Below, piece after piece: positions 42,956 through 53,139 of a DNA stretch of 64,000 nucleotides (the stretch's first letter is position 1; each line of letters opens with the position of its first letter). The notes under the pieces were generated by a model. The model was not told the DNA's origin. It worked only from the letters and a program-made list of their open reading frames with translations, and made no database searches. The position numbers and the translations under genes are program-made. The stretch is from an uncultured delta proteobacterium (GTDB lineage Bacteria; Desulfobacterota; Desulfuromonadia; Geobacterales; Pseudopelobacteraceae): assembly GCA_963772835.1 (NCBI GenBank), contig CAVYYZ010000012.1:1-64000 (forward strand), read 5' to 3'.

Positions 42956-43738
42956 TTACTGGGCCGTCCATCCCCCGTCGACCGGAATCGCGGTCCCGGT
43001 AATCTGATCTGCACCTGCCGAACAGAGAAAGATGGCCAACGTGCCGAGCTGTTCAATTGAAACAAACTGCTGCGACGGCTGCTTCTCTGCCAGCATGCTG
43101 CGCCCCCCCGCTTCGATATCGACTCCGAGAGCATTGGCGCGGGCCACGATCTGAGGTTCGATCAGCTCCGTTCTCGTCCAGCCGGGACAGATGGCGTTAC
43201 TGGTGATGCCGGCCCCGGCCGTCTCCAGGGCGGCAACCTTGGTCAGACCGACCAGACCATGCTTGGCCGCGACATACGCCGCTTTGTTGGCCGATGCTAC
43301 CAGGCCGTGCACCGAGGCGATATTGATGATCCGCCCCCAGCCGGTTCGTCTCATATGCGGAACCGCATGGTGGATTGTATAGAAGCTGGATGAAAGGTTT
43401 ATGGCGATAATGGCAGCCCAGCGCTCGGGAAGAAACTCCTCAACAGGTGCCGTATGCTGGATGCCGGCATTGTTGACCAGGATATCGACACCGCCGAAAG
43501 CGGCTGCGGTGGCCGCAACCAGTTCGGCGATCTCTTCCGGCCGGGTCATATCGGCTCCATGGAATCGTACCTTTGTTCCGAACTCCGATTCCAGTCCCAT
43601 CCTGGTAGCTTCTATTTTTTCCGGGTCACCAAGCCCGTTCAGCATAATGTTGCATCCCTGCCCGGCGAGCGCGCGGGCAATGCCGAACCCGATTCCGCTG
43701 GTCGAACCGGTTATAAGCGCACTTTTTCCTGTAAGCAT
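42956..43738 (-). CDS. bdhA: D-3-hydroxybutyrate dehydrogenase
   Basis: TGSTSGIG, NNAGIQH, SVHG, KAAYVAAKHG and CPGW. Confidence 0.9.
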   Translation of the reverse strand: MLTGKSALITGSTSGIGFGIARALAGQGCNIMLNGLGDPEKIEATRMGLESEFGTKVRFHGADMTRPEEIAELVAATAAAFGGVDILVNNAGIQHTAPVEEFLPERWAAIIAINLSSSFYTIHHAVPHMRRTGWGRIINIASVHGLVASANKAAYVAAKHGLVGLTKVAALETAGAGITSNAICPGWTRTELIEPQIVARANALGVDIEAGGRSMLAEKQPSQQFVSIEQLGTLAIFLCSAGADQITGTAIPVDGGWTAQ

Positions 43739-43766
43739 TTTCTGCTCCTCCTTGTGCCGCGAGCCA

Positions 43767-44951
43767 CTATACATATCGCTCCACGATCATGGCGATTCCC
43801 TGGCCTCCGCCGATACAGAGCGAGGCGAGTCCCCGCCGCACTCCGCTCCGTTCCATCTCGTGCAGCAGCGTTACCAATATGCGGGCACCGCTGGCACCCA
43901 CCGGATGCCCCAGTGCTATTGCACCGCCATTTACGTTGACTTTACGGCTGTCCAGGCGCAGTTCGCGAATAACCGCAAGTGACTGCACGGCGAACGCTTC
44001 GTTAAGCTCCACCAGATCGATATCATCCAGTGTCAGTGATGCTCTGGACAACGCTTTACGGATCGCTTCCACCGGCCCCATACCCATGATACGCGGATCG
44101 ACACCGACCGTGCCCCATCCGACTATTTTGGCCAGCGGGCGGATGCCGGCCTTCCCTGCAGCACTTTCCTCCATCAGCAGAAGAGCCGCGGCAGCATCGT
44201 TGATCCCCGACGAATTTCCGGCGGTGACAACTCCACCTTCCTTGAAAGCCGGCCGCAGCTTCGCCAGACTCTCCATAGTGGTGTCACGTCGGGGATACTC
44301 ATCTTCTGCAACCAGCAGCGTCTCATCGCGCCGGCCGGGGATTGATACCGGGACGATCTCCCGGGCAAAACGCCCTTCGCTCTGTGCCTTGGCGGCTTTT
44401 TGCTGTGATTGCAGGGCAAAGGCATCGGCCTCATCGCGCGAGATATGATGCTGCTCAGCAATATTCTCTGCGGTAATACCCATATGGATATCGTAGAAGG
44501 CATCCATCAGTGCATCTTTCAGGATGGTATCTTCCAGAATGCCTTTCCCCATGCGGTATCCAAACCGGGCCTTGTCGAGCAGGTATGGTGCCCGGCTCAT
44601 GCTTTCCATTCCTCCGGCCACGATCATATCCGCTTCTCCGGCAGCAACAGCGAGTGCTCCCAGAGCGACACTCTTCAGTCCGGAGCCGCACAATTTGTTA
44701 ACCGTGTAAGAGGGGACATACTCCGGTATTCCGGCGCCGACCGCCGCCTGGCGAGCCGGATTCTGCCCGCATCCCGCCTGCAGGATCTGCCCCATGATGA
44801 CCTCTTCAACCTGCCCGCCGGATACCCCTGCCCTGCGAATGACTTCGCTTATGACAAGGCGCCCCAGTTGAGCGGCGGGTACGGTGGCGAGTGCACCGCC
44901 AAAGGAGCCGATCGGGGTCCTGGCGGCAGATGCAATTACGACGGTGCGCAT
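43767..44951 (-). CDS. atoB: Acetyl-CoA C-acetyltransferase (thiolase)
   Basis: [20 protein letters not shown] and CIGGGQG. Confidence 0.9.
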   Translation of the reverse strand: MRTVVIASAARTPIGSFGGALATVPAAQLGRLVISEVIRRAGVSGGQVEEVIMGQILQAGCGQNPARQAAVGAGIPEYVPSYTVNKLCGSGLKSVALGALAVAAGEADMIVAGGMESMSRAPYLLDKARFGYRMGKGILEDTILKDALMDAFYDIHMGITAENIAEQHHISRDEADAFALQSQQKAAKAQSEGRFAREIVPVSIPGRRDETLLVAEDEYPRRDTTMESLAKLRPAFKEGGVVTAGNSSGINDAAAALLLMEESAAGKAGIRPLAKIVGWGTVGVDPRIMGMGPVEAIRKALSRASLTLDDIDLVELNEAFAVQSLAVIRELRLDSRKVNVNGGAIALGHPVGASGARILVTLLHEMERSGVRRGLASLCIGGGQGIAMIVERYV

Positions 44952-44968
44952 AGAATGGTTCCTTTCTC

Positions 44969-45610
44969 TCAGGGCAGCGGAGAGATGATCAGTCGCGGTT
45001 CACTGCAGGCTTGAATATCTTCGGGAGTATATCCGGGGGCAACCTCCACCAGCCGCAGGCCGTCAGGGGTAACGTCAAGCACGGCGCGGTCGGTAATGAT
45101 CCGGTGTATCACCCCTTTGCCGGTCAGCGGCAGGGTACATGTGTTAAGAATCTTCGTTTCTCCATGTTTGTTGCAATGCTCCATCAGCACCACAATCCGT
45201 TTGGCGCCATGCACCAGATCCATGGCGCCCCCCATCCCTTTGACCATCTTGCCGGGGATGACCCAGTTGGCCAGATCGCCGGAAGCTGAGGCCTCCATTC
45301 CTCCCAGTATGGCGAGGTCGATATGTCCGCCGCGAATCATCGCGAACGATTCGGCGCTGCTGAAAGTGCTGGAACCGGAGATCATCGTGATGGTTTCCTT
45401 ACCGGCGTTGATCAGGTCGGGATCGAGTTCCTCTTCGGTCGGATAGGGACCGATACCGAGCAGTCCGTTCTCGGATTGCAGCACCACCAGTTTTCCCGGG
45501 GGAATATAGTTTGCCACCAGGGTCGGCATGCCGATACCCAGATTGACGTAATATCCATCTTCTATCTCCAGGGCGGCCCTTTGGGCCATCTCCTCACGTG
45601 TCAATGCCAT
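44969..45610 (-). CDS. scoB: 3-oxoacid CoA-transferase subunit B
   Basis: [13 protein letters not shown] and GMGGAMDL. Confidence 0.88.
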   Translation of the reverse strand: MALTREEMAQRAALEIEDGYYVNLGIGMPTLVANYIPPGKLVVLQSENGLLGIGPYPTEEELDPDLINAGKETITMISGSSTFSSAESFAMIRGGHIDLAILGGMEASASGDLANWVIPGKMVKGMGGAMDLVHGAKRIVVLMEHCNKHGETKILNTCTLPLTGKGVIHRIITDRAVLDVTPDGLRLVEVAPGYTPEDIQACSEPRLIISPLP

Positions 45611-45623
45611 GGTCTGCTCCTCT

Positions 45624-46316
45624 CTATTTTCGTACCGTGCGGCGTTCAATCCGCTTTTCATGACCTGTGCATGCGATGATGCGCTGGACATAGACGCTGG
45701 GAGTATGAATCTGGTCCGGGTCAAGCTCGCCGGTCTCCACCAGTTCTTCCACCTCGACAATCGTAATCCGCCCGGCAGCGGCCATCATAGGGTTAAAATT
45801 ACGGGCGGTCTTACGGTATACAAGGTTACCGAAACGGTCACCCTTCCAGGCTTTGATCAGAGCGTAATCGGCTCTTAATCCGGTTTCTAGCAGATATTCC
45901 TTGTCGCCGAACAGTCGCGTCTCACGCCCGTCAGCAATCGGGGTGCCTACCCCTGCCGGAGTGTAGAAAGCCGGGATTCCGGCGCCGCCGGCCCGGATCC
46001 GTTCCGCCAGGGTACCCTGCGGAACCAGTTCCACTTCCAGCTCACCGGCAAGATACTGGCGCTCAAACTCCTTGTTCTCGCCGACATACGAGGAAATCAT
46101 CTTCCGTATCTGTTTGTTCTGAAGCAGGATGCCGAGACCCCACTCATCCACACCGCAGTTGTTGGAAACAACCGTCAGATCACGCACTCCCTTCTCGCGG
46201 AGTCCCTGTATCAATTTCTCCGGAATCCCGACCAGCCCGAAACCTCCGGCCATGATACTGGCACCGTCACTGATCCCTTCCAGCGCCTCTTGAATGCTTG
46301 TACAAACCACCGCCAT
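45624..46316 (-). CDS. scoA: 3-oxoacid CoA-transferase subunit A
   Basis: [25 protein letters not shown] and ARNFNP. Confidence 0.88.
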   Translation of the reverse strand: MAVVCTSIQEALEGISDGASIMAGGFGLVGIPEKLIQGLREKGVRDLTVVSNNCGVDEWGLGILLQNKQIRKMISSYVGENKEFERQYLAGELEVELVPQGTLAERIRAGGAGIPAFYTPAGVGTPIADGRETRLFGDKEYLLETGLRADYALIKAWKGDRFGNLVYRKTARNFNPMMAAAGRITIVEVEELVETGELDPDQIHTPSVYVQRIIACTGHEKRIERRTVRK

Positions 46317-46361
46317 CTCCTACCTCCTCATATACCTGGATCGTTACGCAATGCCCGTGAA

Positions 46362-47303
46362 TTACAGTGTCCGCTTCAACAATCTTCCCAACTCACCTAT
46401 AAAACCACGGCGAAAGAGCAGCACGCAGACAACAAAGATACTGCCGATAATTACGGTTATCCATGATCCGACAGAACTCAATTCTGACTGAAGCGTCACC
46501 ACAGTGAACGCCCCGACCAGAGGGCCGAGCACCGTACCGAGCCCCCCCAGAAGAGTCATCAGAACCACCTCTCCCGAAGTATGCCAGCTGACATCCGTGA
46601 GAGAAGCCAGTTGAAATACAAGAGATTTTAAAGATCCTGCCATTCCGGCCAGTGCCGCAGAGATCACAAAGGCGATCAGCTTGAATCGTTCCACCTTGTA
46701 TCCCAGTGACACGGCCCGCGGTTCATTCTCCCGGATCGCCTTCAGCACCTGCCCGAACGGTGAGTTAATAGTCCGGTGAATAATCCAGAAACCGAGACAG
46801 AACATGACAAAGATGAAATAGTACAGGTTAAGCCCGAGCGGGCTTCCGCCAACGGTATAGACATGACCGAGATCAATCAGACCGAAGAGATTGCCGCGGG
46901 GAATGCCTTGCAGTCCATCCTCGCCCCCGGTGAACGGCGCCTTCAGAGCTATGAAATAGACAATCTGGGCCAGGGCGAGTGTTACCATTGCAAAGTAGAT
47001 ACCCTGCCGCCGGATCGCCAGACTGCCTATGATATACCCCATCATTCCGGCGAAGATCGTCCCGCCCAGCACTCCCAACTCAGGCGTCAGACCGCTGTTT
47101 TTGACCAGATACCCGGTAATGTAGGATGCACCGCCAAAGAATGCCGCATGACCGAAGGAGAGAAGGCCGGTGTATCCAAGCAGCAGATTGAAGGCACAGG
47201 CAAACAGTGCAAAACAGAGCAGCTTCATCAGAAATACCGGATAGATCACAAACGGCGCCACCAGGCCTACGACAATAAGGGCGATCCAGATAGTTTTGTT
47301 CAT
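46362..47303 (-). CDS. HAAT (Liv-type) ABC transporter permease, LivM-like
   Basis: GLLSFGHAAFFG, TGGEDG and AIRENE. Confidence 0.9.
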   Translation of the reverse strand: MNKTIWIALIVVGLVAPFVIYPVFLMKLLCFALFACAFNLLLGYTGLLSFGHAAFFGGASYITGYLVKNSGLTPELGVLGGTIFAGMMGYIIGSLAIRRQGIYFAMVTLALAQIVYFIALKAPFTGGEDGLQGIPRGNLFGLIDLGHVYTVGGSPLGLNLYYFIFVMFCLGFWIIHRTINSPFGQVLKAIRENEPRAVSLGYKVERFKLIAFVISAALAGMAGSLKSLVFQLASLTDVSWHTSGEVVLMTLLGGLGTVLGPLVGAFTVVTLQSELSSVGSWITVIIGSIFVVCVLLFRRGFIGELGRLLKRTL

Positions 47304-48224
47304 TTACGACTCCCTGCCGAACAGGCCCGCCGGTTTGACCAGCAGCACAATAACCATGATCAGAAAGATGACGGTACTGGAGGCGGGCGCATACACAACC
47401 TTGGTAAATCCTTCAACCATCCCAAGCAGCAGACCGGTAACGATCGACCCCATAATCGAGCCCATTCCGCCTATCACGACCACTGCAAAAACGGTAATAA
47501 TCATCTCGGAACCCATGACCGGACTGACGGAATAAATCGGCGCGGCAAGCACCCCGGCAAATGCGGCCAAGGCGACGCCATAGCCGTAGGTCAGGGTGAT
47601 CATGAGCGGCACATTGACTCCGAAGGCCTTCACCAGTTCCGGATTTTCAGTGCCGGCGCGCAGGTAGGAACCGAGCTTTGTCCGCTCAATAACATACCAG
47701 GTACCGAAACAGACCAGCAGAGAGATGACGATAACCCAGAGCCGGTATTTCGGGAACATCATGAAACCGAGATTAACCGCTCCGCTTAAAATTTCCGGTT
47801 TCGCTTCATAGGGATCACCGGAGACATTAAAGAAATTGGTAAAAACGCCTTGAATAATGAGCGCCAACCCGAAGGTCAACAGCAGGCCGTACAGGTGGTC
47901 GAATTTGTACAACCTGCTCAGCATGGTTCTTTCAATCACAATTCCCACTGCGCCCACTACCAGAGGAGCTGCGATCAATGCCGCCCAGTAATTGAGGTGA
48001 AAGTCAGGCATTCCGATCAGAGGGCCCAGCGTCGTAAAACCGAGGAGCGCCACATAGGCTCCCAGCATGTAGAGCGCGCCGTGGGCGAAATTGACAATAT
48101 TCAGGAGGCCGAAAATCACCGCCAGGCCGAGGCTCAGTATGGCGTAGAAGACACCGTTGTTGAGCCCGAGCATAACCTGCGACATAACCGTCTGAAATGA
48201 TAGTTCCATGACCTGCTCCCTCAT
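47304..48224 (-). CDS. HAAT ABC transporter permease, LivH-like
   Basis: NFAHGALYMLG and VVVIGGMGS. The start may be at 48209. Confidence 0.9.
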   Translation of the reverse strand: MREQVMELSFQTVMSQVMLGLNNGVFYAILSLGLAVIFGLLNIVNFAHGALYMLGAYVALLGFTTLGPLIGMPDFHLNYWAALIAAPLVVGAVGIVIERTMLSRLYKFDHLYGLLLTFGLALIIQGVFTNFFNVSGDPYEAKPEILSGAVNLGFMMFPKYRLWVIVISLLVCFGTWYVIERTKLGSYLRAGTENPELVKAFGVNVPLMITLTYGYGVALAAFAGVLAAPIYSVSPVMGSEMIITVFAVVVIGGMGSIMGSIVTGLLLGMVEGFTKVVYAPASSTVIFLIMVIVLLVKPAGLFGRES

Positions 48225-48286
48225 TTGATTCCGTTTTATATACCGTTTCCCCCTCCCGTGAGGGAGGGGGTATTACAATTTCGTTC

Positions 48287-49510
48287 CTACTTGTTAACCA
48301 ATGAGCATGTGCTCTCGGAGAGCGGCATGAAGGCGTCGTTACCCGGAACGGTTTTTACTACTTTGAGAATATCCCACTCACTCTTGGATTCGGAAGGCTT
48401 CTTCACTTCCATCAGATACATGTCGTGTACCATCCGGCCGTCAGCCCTGATCTTGCCGTTGACGGCAAAGAAATCGGAGACATTCATGGACTTCAGTTTT
48501 GCCATGACAGCGTCAGAATCATCGGTGCCGGCCGCTTTGATGGCTTTGAGGTAATTCATGGTTGCTGAATAGGCGCCCGCCTGGTCCATGGTAGGCATCG
48601 CTTTGTGAATGGCGTAGAAACGTTTTGCGAAGGCGCGGGTGGCATCATCCCGGTCCCAATAGAAACCGGAAGTAAACTGCATTCCCTGTGCGACGTTCAG
48701 GCCGAGGCTCTTTATATCCGTATCGAATATCAGCAGCCCGACCAATTTCTGGCCTTTCTTGTCGATACCGAACTCGCGAGCCTGTTTAATCGCGTTGGTG
48801 GTATCGCCGCCGGCGTTGGCCAGACCGATTATCTGGGCTCCCGATGACTGGGCCTGAAGCAGATATGATGAAAAATCAGCCGTTGAAAGCGGGTGGCGCA
48901 CTGAGCCGAGTATCTTCCCGCCGAGTTTTGTCACAAATTTAGACGTATTCGCCTCCAGAGAGTGCCCGAAGGCATAGTCGGCCGTGATAAAATACCAGCT
49001 TTTTCCGCCGCTCGGAACGACCGCCTCTGCGGTAACCTTACCCAATGCGTAGGTATCGTACACATAATGAATACTATACGGGGTGCAGGCCTTGTTGGTC
49101 AGATCCGTGCTGGCCGCGCCGGTATTCATGGTGATTTTCTTCTTGTCTCCCGCAAGTTTCTGCACTGCCAAGGCGCATCCCGAATTCAGCAGACCGGTAA
49201 TCATGTCCACTTTTTCATTGTCAAACCATTCCCGTGCCTTTGCCGAGGCGATGTCTGCCTTGTTCTGATGATCGGCTCCGATAACCTGAATCGGTTTGCC
49301 GAGAACCTTGCCGCCGAAATCTTTGACCGCCATCTCCACACCAACCTGAGTGCCTTTCCCTCCCAGTGTTGAGTAGACCCCGGACATATCGGTCAGAACC
49401 CCGATTTTTACCACGCCGTCAGAAATCCCCTTGCTTGCTGCTCCGGCCATTCCACTCGTCATTGCCAGTACGGCTACGGATAGTGCTACTCTGGACAACA
49501 GATTTTTCAT
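48287..49510 (-). CDS. HAAT ABC transporter substrate-binding protein
   Basis: Signal peptide, KIGVLTDMSG, ADHQNK, TADYAFG and IRADGR. Confidence 0.92.
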   Translation of the reverse strand: MKNLLSRVALSVAVLAMTSGMAGAASKGISDGVVKIGVLTDMSGVYSTLGGKGTQVGVEMAVKDFGGKVLGKPIQVIGADHQNKADIASAKAREWFDNEKVDMITGLLNSGCALAVQKLAGDKKKITMNTGAASTDLTNKACTPYSIHYVYDTYALGKVTAEAVVPSGGKSWYFITADYAFGHSLEANTSKFVTKLGGKILGSVRHPLSTADFSSYLLQAQSSGAQIIGLANAGGDTTNAIKQAREFGIDKKGQKLVGLLIFDTDIKSLGLNVAQGMQFTSGFYWDRDDATRAFAKRFYAIHKAMPTMDQAGAYSATMNYLKAIKAAGTDDSDAVMAKLKSMNVSDFFAVNGKIRADGRMVHDMYLMEVKKPSESKSEWDILKVVKTVPGNDAFMPLSESTCSLVNK

Positions 49511-49540
49511 ACAGATACTCCTTTCGGTTTGTATACCTGG

Positions 49541-50257
49541 TCACACACCCAGGTATCGGTTAAGTTTCTCCATGCTGGAGCCAAGTTCGTCGCGTGTTAT
49601 CATTTCTGCTATAACTCCGTGATCAATCACATAATGGCGGTCGGCCAGATCTGCTGCAAAATGGAAATTCTGCTCTACCAGAATGATAGTGAACCCTTTT
49701 TCTTTCAACTGACCGATAAGCCGCCTCAGTGTCTGAACGATTACCGGTGCAAGCCCCTCGGTTATTTCATCCAGCAGAAGGAGCTTCGCTCCGGTTCGCA
49801 GGATTCGGGCCATCGCCAGCATCTGCTGTTCGCCACCGGAAAGACGGGTTCCCATACTGCTGCGCCTCTCCAGCAGATTGGGGAACATCTCGTATATTTC
49901 CGACACTGACATCCCTCCGTCCCTCACTACCGGCGGCAGCAGCAGATTTTCCTCTACGGTCAGGCTGGAAAAAATCCCGCGCTCTTCCGGACAGTAGCCG
50001 ATGCCGAGGTGAGCGATCCTGTGGGTCGGCATCCTGATTGTTTCAACCCCGTTTATCGTGACAGAACCGCTCCGCCGGCCGACCAGCCCGATGATCGACT
50101 TGAGAATAGTGGTCCTCCCTGCACCGTTTCGTCCCAGAAGAGTAACGACCTCTCCCTCCCCGACTGTCAGATCGATGCCATGGAGAATATGGGATTCACC
50201 ATAAAATGCGTGCAGGTCCGTTATCCGCAGCATCTCTTTGTGTATAGATTCAGTCAT
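49541..50257 (-). CDS. ABC ATPase, LivF-like
   Basis: GRNGAGRT, LSGGEQQ, LLLDE and VEQN. Confidence 0.92.
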   Translation of the reverse strand: MTESIHKEMLRITDLHAFYGESHILHGIDLTVGEGEVVTLLGRNGAGRTTILKSIIGLVGRRSGSVTINGVETIRMPTHRIAHLGIGYCPEERGIFSSLTVEENLLLPPVVRDGGMSVSEIYEMFPNLLERRSSMGTRLSGGEQQMLAMARILRTGAKLLLLDEITEGLAPVIVQTLRRLIGQLKEKGFTIILVEQNFHFAADLADRHYVIDHGVIAEMITRDELGSSMEKLNRYLGV

Positions 50258-51002
50258 GTGAACTCCCCATATACGCTTCCAGCACCTGCGGGTCCTGTGA
50301 AACCACGGCATATGAACCCTCTGCGAGAATTGCTCCCCGCTGCAGAACAGTTATCCTGTCCGCCAGAGTTGCCACAACTTTCAGGTTATGTTCAACCATC
50401 AGGATAGTGCGGTTGGCAGAGACCTTCTTCACCAGAGCGGTAATTTTATCAACGTCTTCGACCCCCATACCCTGAGTCGGTTCATCCAGAAGCATCAGTT
50501 CGGGATCCAGCGCCAGTGTAGTGGCTATTTCCAACGCCCGTTTGCGCCCGTATGCCAGCTCGCCGGTGATGTCTTCGGCATATTCAGCAAGACCGACCGC
50601 ATCCAGCAGTTCCATGGCCCGGCCATCCAGCTGTTTCAGGACAGAGTCTGATTTCCAGAAATGATAGGAGATACCCAGCTTGCGCTGCAGCGCCAGCCGC
50701 ACATTCTCCCGCGGCGTTAAATTGGGAAAGACCGCAGAAATCTGAAATGAACGCACGATCCCGCGCAGGGCAATATCAGCAGGCTTTTCACTCGTAATGT
50801 CAGTTCCATTAAAATGAATGCTTCCCGAGGTCGGTGTGAGAAATTTAGTCAGGAGATTGAATACGGTGGTTTTCCCGGCGCCGTTCGGCCCGATAAGGGC
50901 ATGAATATGGCCGCGCTGAATCTGCAGATTAACGGCAGATACGGCGGTGAATCCCTTGAATTCCTTGGAAAGGTTTTTTGTTATAAGAATATGTTCCGTC
51001 AT
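50250..51002 (-). CDS. ABC ATPase, LivG-like
   Basis: GPNGAGKT, LAYG, LLDEP and VEH. Confidence 0.92.
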   Translation of the reverse strand: MTEHILITKNLSKEFKGFTAVSAVNLQIQRGHIHALIGPNGAGKTTVFNLLTKFLTPTSGSIHFNGTDITSEKPADIALRGIVRSFQISAVFPNLTPRENVRLALQRKLGISYHFWKSDSVLKQLDGRAMELLDAVGLAEYAEDITGELAYGRKRALEIATTLALDPELMLLDEPTQGMGVEDVDKITALVKKVSANRTILMVEHNLKVVATLADRITVLQRGAILAEGSYAVVSQDPQVLEAYMGSSHD

Positions 51003-51104
51003 CTGGTTCCACCCTGAGCCTGGCAAGCCGGAACCGAAATAATTAACCGGTCTTGCTGTGGATTTTGTTCGTATCCGTACGCACACAACGTGCTTTGAAA
51101 CCGG

Positions 51105-51902
51105 CTAATGTGACATCAGAACGGGGATGGTCATTTCCCGGAGAATCTGCCCGGCCACCTTTCCAAACGGCAAGCCGTTGCGGAATCCCGGGCTCAGGGC
51201 CCCCATCACCAGCAGGTCACACCCCCCGTCACACGCGCGGTTAAGTAGGCTGTCCGCCAGGGTTGCCGAGGTAACCGGCTGAATTTCCACCCGTGCCTGA
51301 ACGCCATGAATCTTCAGATGCTCCAGTATCCCTTCCCATTCCCGACTCGCCTCTTCTCCGGATGCAACCGCGATCAGTGTCACCTGTTCAGCTCGCTGCA
51401 GGATCGGAAGGGCGTCATGCAGAGCACGCGTGGCCTCCCGGCCATTCCGCCAGGCTATAAGAACGTGGCGGCCGACGGAGTGGAAAACGCCTGCTTCAGG
51501 GACGATCAGAACCGGCCGGCCGCTCCCGGTCACCAGAGACCCGACTACAGCCGAAGCACGAGCGGTCCGGCGTGATTCCTGACCGACAACGACTAGATCG
51601 CTGCAGTGCGATTCACGAATCAGCAGCTCACGGACCCCCACTCCTGCGATGCTCGACTCTATGCTGCGGTGGCATGCCTCAATACCTGCCGACTTGGCTT
51701 TCACTGCCAGCAGCGCTCCTGTAGCCGCAATTTTTTCATCGGCATGCAGGTAGTGTGGCTGATAATAGTCGTAGGTCACGACAGAAAGCCCCGTCACCCG
51801 TCCGCCTTGCTGTTTTGCAAGACTTAATGCGGCTTCGATCCTTTGCTCACAGTCTGAAGAATCGTCCAGATACAGGAGAATATCTTTGATACTCATGACC
51901 AC
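51105..51902 (-). CDS. Universal stress protein (tandem USP domains)
   Basis: SDLVVVG, GRPVLIVP, AWRNGREATRA, DLLVMGA and PVLMSH. Confidence 0.88.
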   Translation of the reverse strand: MVMSIKDILLYLDDSSDCEQRIEAALSLAKQQGGRVTGLSVVTYDYYQPHYLHADEKIAATGALLAVKAKSAGIEACHRSIESSIAGVGVRELLIRESHCSDLVVVGQESRRTARASAVVGSLVTGSGRPVLIVPEAGVFHSVGRHVLIAWRNGREATRALHDALPILQRAEQVTLIAVASGEEASREWEGILEHLKIHGVQARVEIQPVTSATLADSLLNRACDGGCDLLVMGALSPGFRNGLPFGKVAGQILREMTIPVLMSH

Positions 51903-51931
51903 TCCAAATAAAACGGATTTATATTATATTT

Positions 51932-51947
51932 AGCAATTGTCGTGCCG
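51932..51947 (-). promoter_or_regulatory. sigma54 promoter of the usp-liv-sco-atoB-bdhA operon
   Basis: Minus strand CGGCACGACAATTGCT, close to consensus. Confidence 0.8.
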
Positions 51948-52054
51948 CGAATGCCTACATTTCAAATATATTGCGCAATTATCTGATTTAATTATAGTTA
52001 TTACTTTATATTTAAACATAACGGAGTAATTGGTTACGAATACATTCCACACTA

Positions 52055-52203
52055 TTCCAAAAAAATGGAAACTATTGTCACCCACCGGTCGTCTATTTCG
52101 GGATTTTAAAAATGAGCTGCTCTTTAATGCACTGATTTAAAATGGTTTTTTGAAGGGCTGGAAATTATTCCTGAAATTTGGAACAATTTCCAGCTTATTG
52201 GAA
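52055..52203. promoter_or_regulatory. Three TTCC[A/T]-N6-TGGAA palindromes, probable enhancer-binding sites
   Basis: 52055-52070 TTCCAAAAAAATGGAA; 52168-52183 TTCCTGAAATTTGGAA; 52188-52203 TTCCAGCTTATTGGAA. Confidence 0.7.
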
Positions 52204-52284
52204 TAGTTTTGGATCGTCTGTCTGATATGCTTTGCCCCTGCATCTTCATTCCGTTCAGAAGAAAAGAGGTGCTTGATCAGACCC

Positions 52285-53103
52285 TCAGCGGCCTGCCTGA
52301 CGAGCCGCGTGTGCGCCGAGAAAATCACTCATCCCGCCGCAACTGTTCTGCGTCCAACCGCCATCTACCGGCAGGATTGTTCCGGTAACGAAGCTCCCGA
52401 GCTCGGAGGCAAGAAACAGACAGGCATTGCCAACATCCGCAGGGGTGCCGAGCCTTCCGAGCGGCACGCTGCGTGCGACCATTTTTCTGATGTTCTCATC
52501 AGGCGCAAGACGTGACATTCCCTCTGTGCCTTCTATCGGGCCCGGCACTATCGAATTTACCCGTACGCCGCACGCTCCCCACTCAAGTGCAAGGGTCCGT
52601 GTAATCATGTCGACACCAGCCTTTGCAGCGCAGACGTGAACCTGGGCTTTCATCGGTATAAAAGCCTGCGGAGCGGAAATATTAATGACGCTCGCTCCCG
52701 GTTTTCTGAGAAGGGGGTAAATGGCTTTCATCACATGAAAGGTCCCTCGCAGATCGATATCTACAACCGACTTGAAGGCATTCCCGGTCATGTCAACAGC
52801 AAGGGATGGAAAATTACCGGCAGCACCGGATACGACAACATCAAAATCTCCGAAACGCCCATGCACCGCCTGTAACCCCTTTTCTAACGTTTCAAGCTCC
52901 CGGACATCCGCAACAAACCCCATGGCTTCCGCCCCGAGCAGCTGAAGCATTGCCACTGTATCATCCACTTTTTCCTGTTTTCGACTGGCCACCGCCACCT
53001 TCGCGCCCTGAGCAGCGAACAGTTCGGCAACCCCCCTGTTAATGCCGCTCGTGCCGCCGACGACAACTACAACCTTGCTACTGAAATCCAGAGTGATCGC
53101 CAT
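52285..53103 (-). CDS. SDR oxidoreductase (2,4-dienoyl-CoA reductase-like subgroup)
   Basis: GGTSGIN, GAAGNF, HVCAAKAGVD (no catalytic Tyr) and PGPIEGTEG. Confidence 0.8.
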   Translation of the reverse strand: MAITLDFSSKVVVVVGGTSGINRGVAELFAAQGAKVAVASRKQEKVDDTVAMLQLLGAEAMGFVADVRELETLEKGLQAVHGRFGDFDVVVSGAAGNFPSLAVDMTGNAFKSVVDIDLRGTFHVMKAIYPLLRKPGASVINISAPQAFIPMKAQVHVCAAKAGVDMITRTLALEWGACGVRVNSIVPGPIEGTEGMSRLAPDENIRKMVARSVPLGRLGTPADVGNACLFLASELGSFVTGTILPVDGGWTQNSCGGMSDFLGAHAARQAGR

Positions 53104-53139
53104 GTCTGCCTCCCTTTCATGTGATGCCGCGTGTGTACG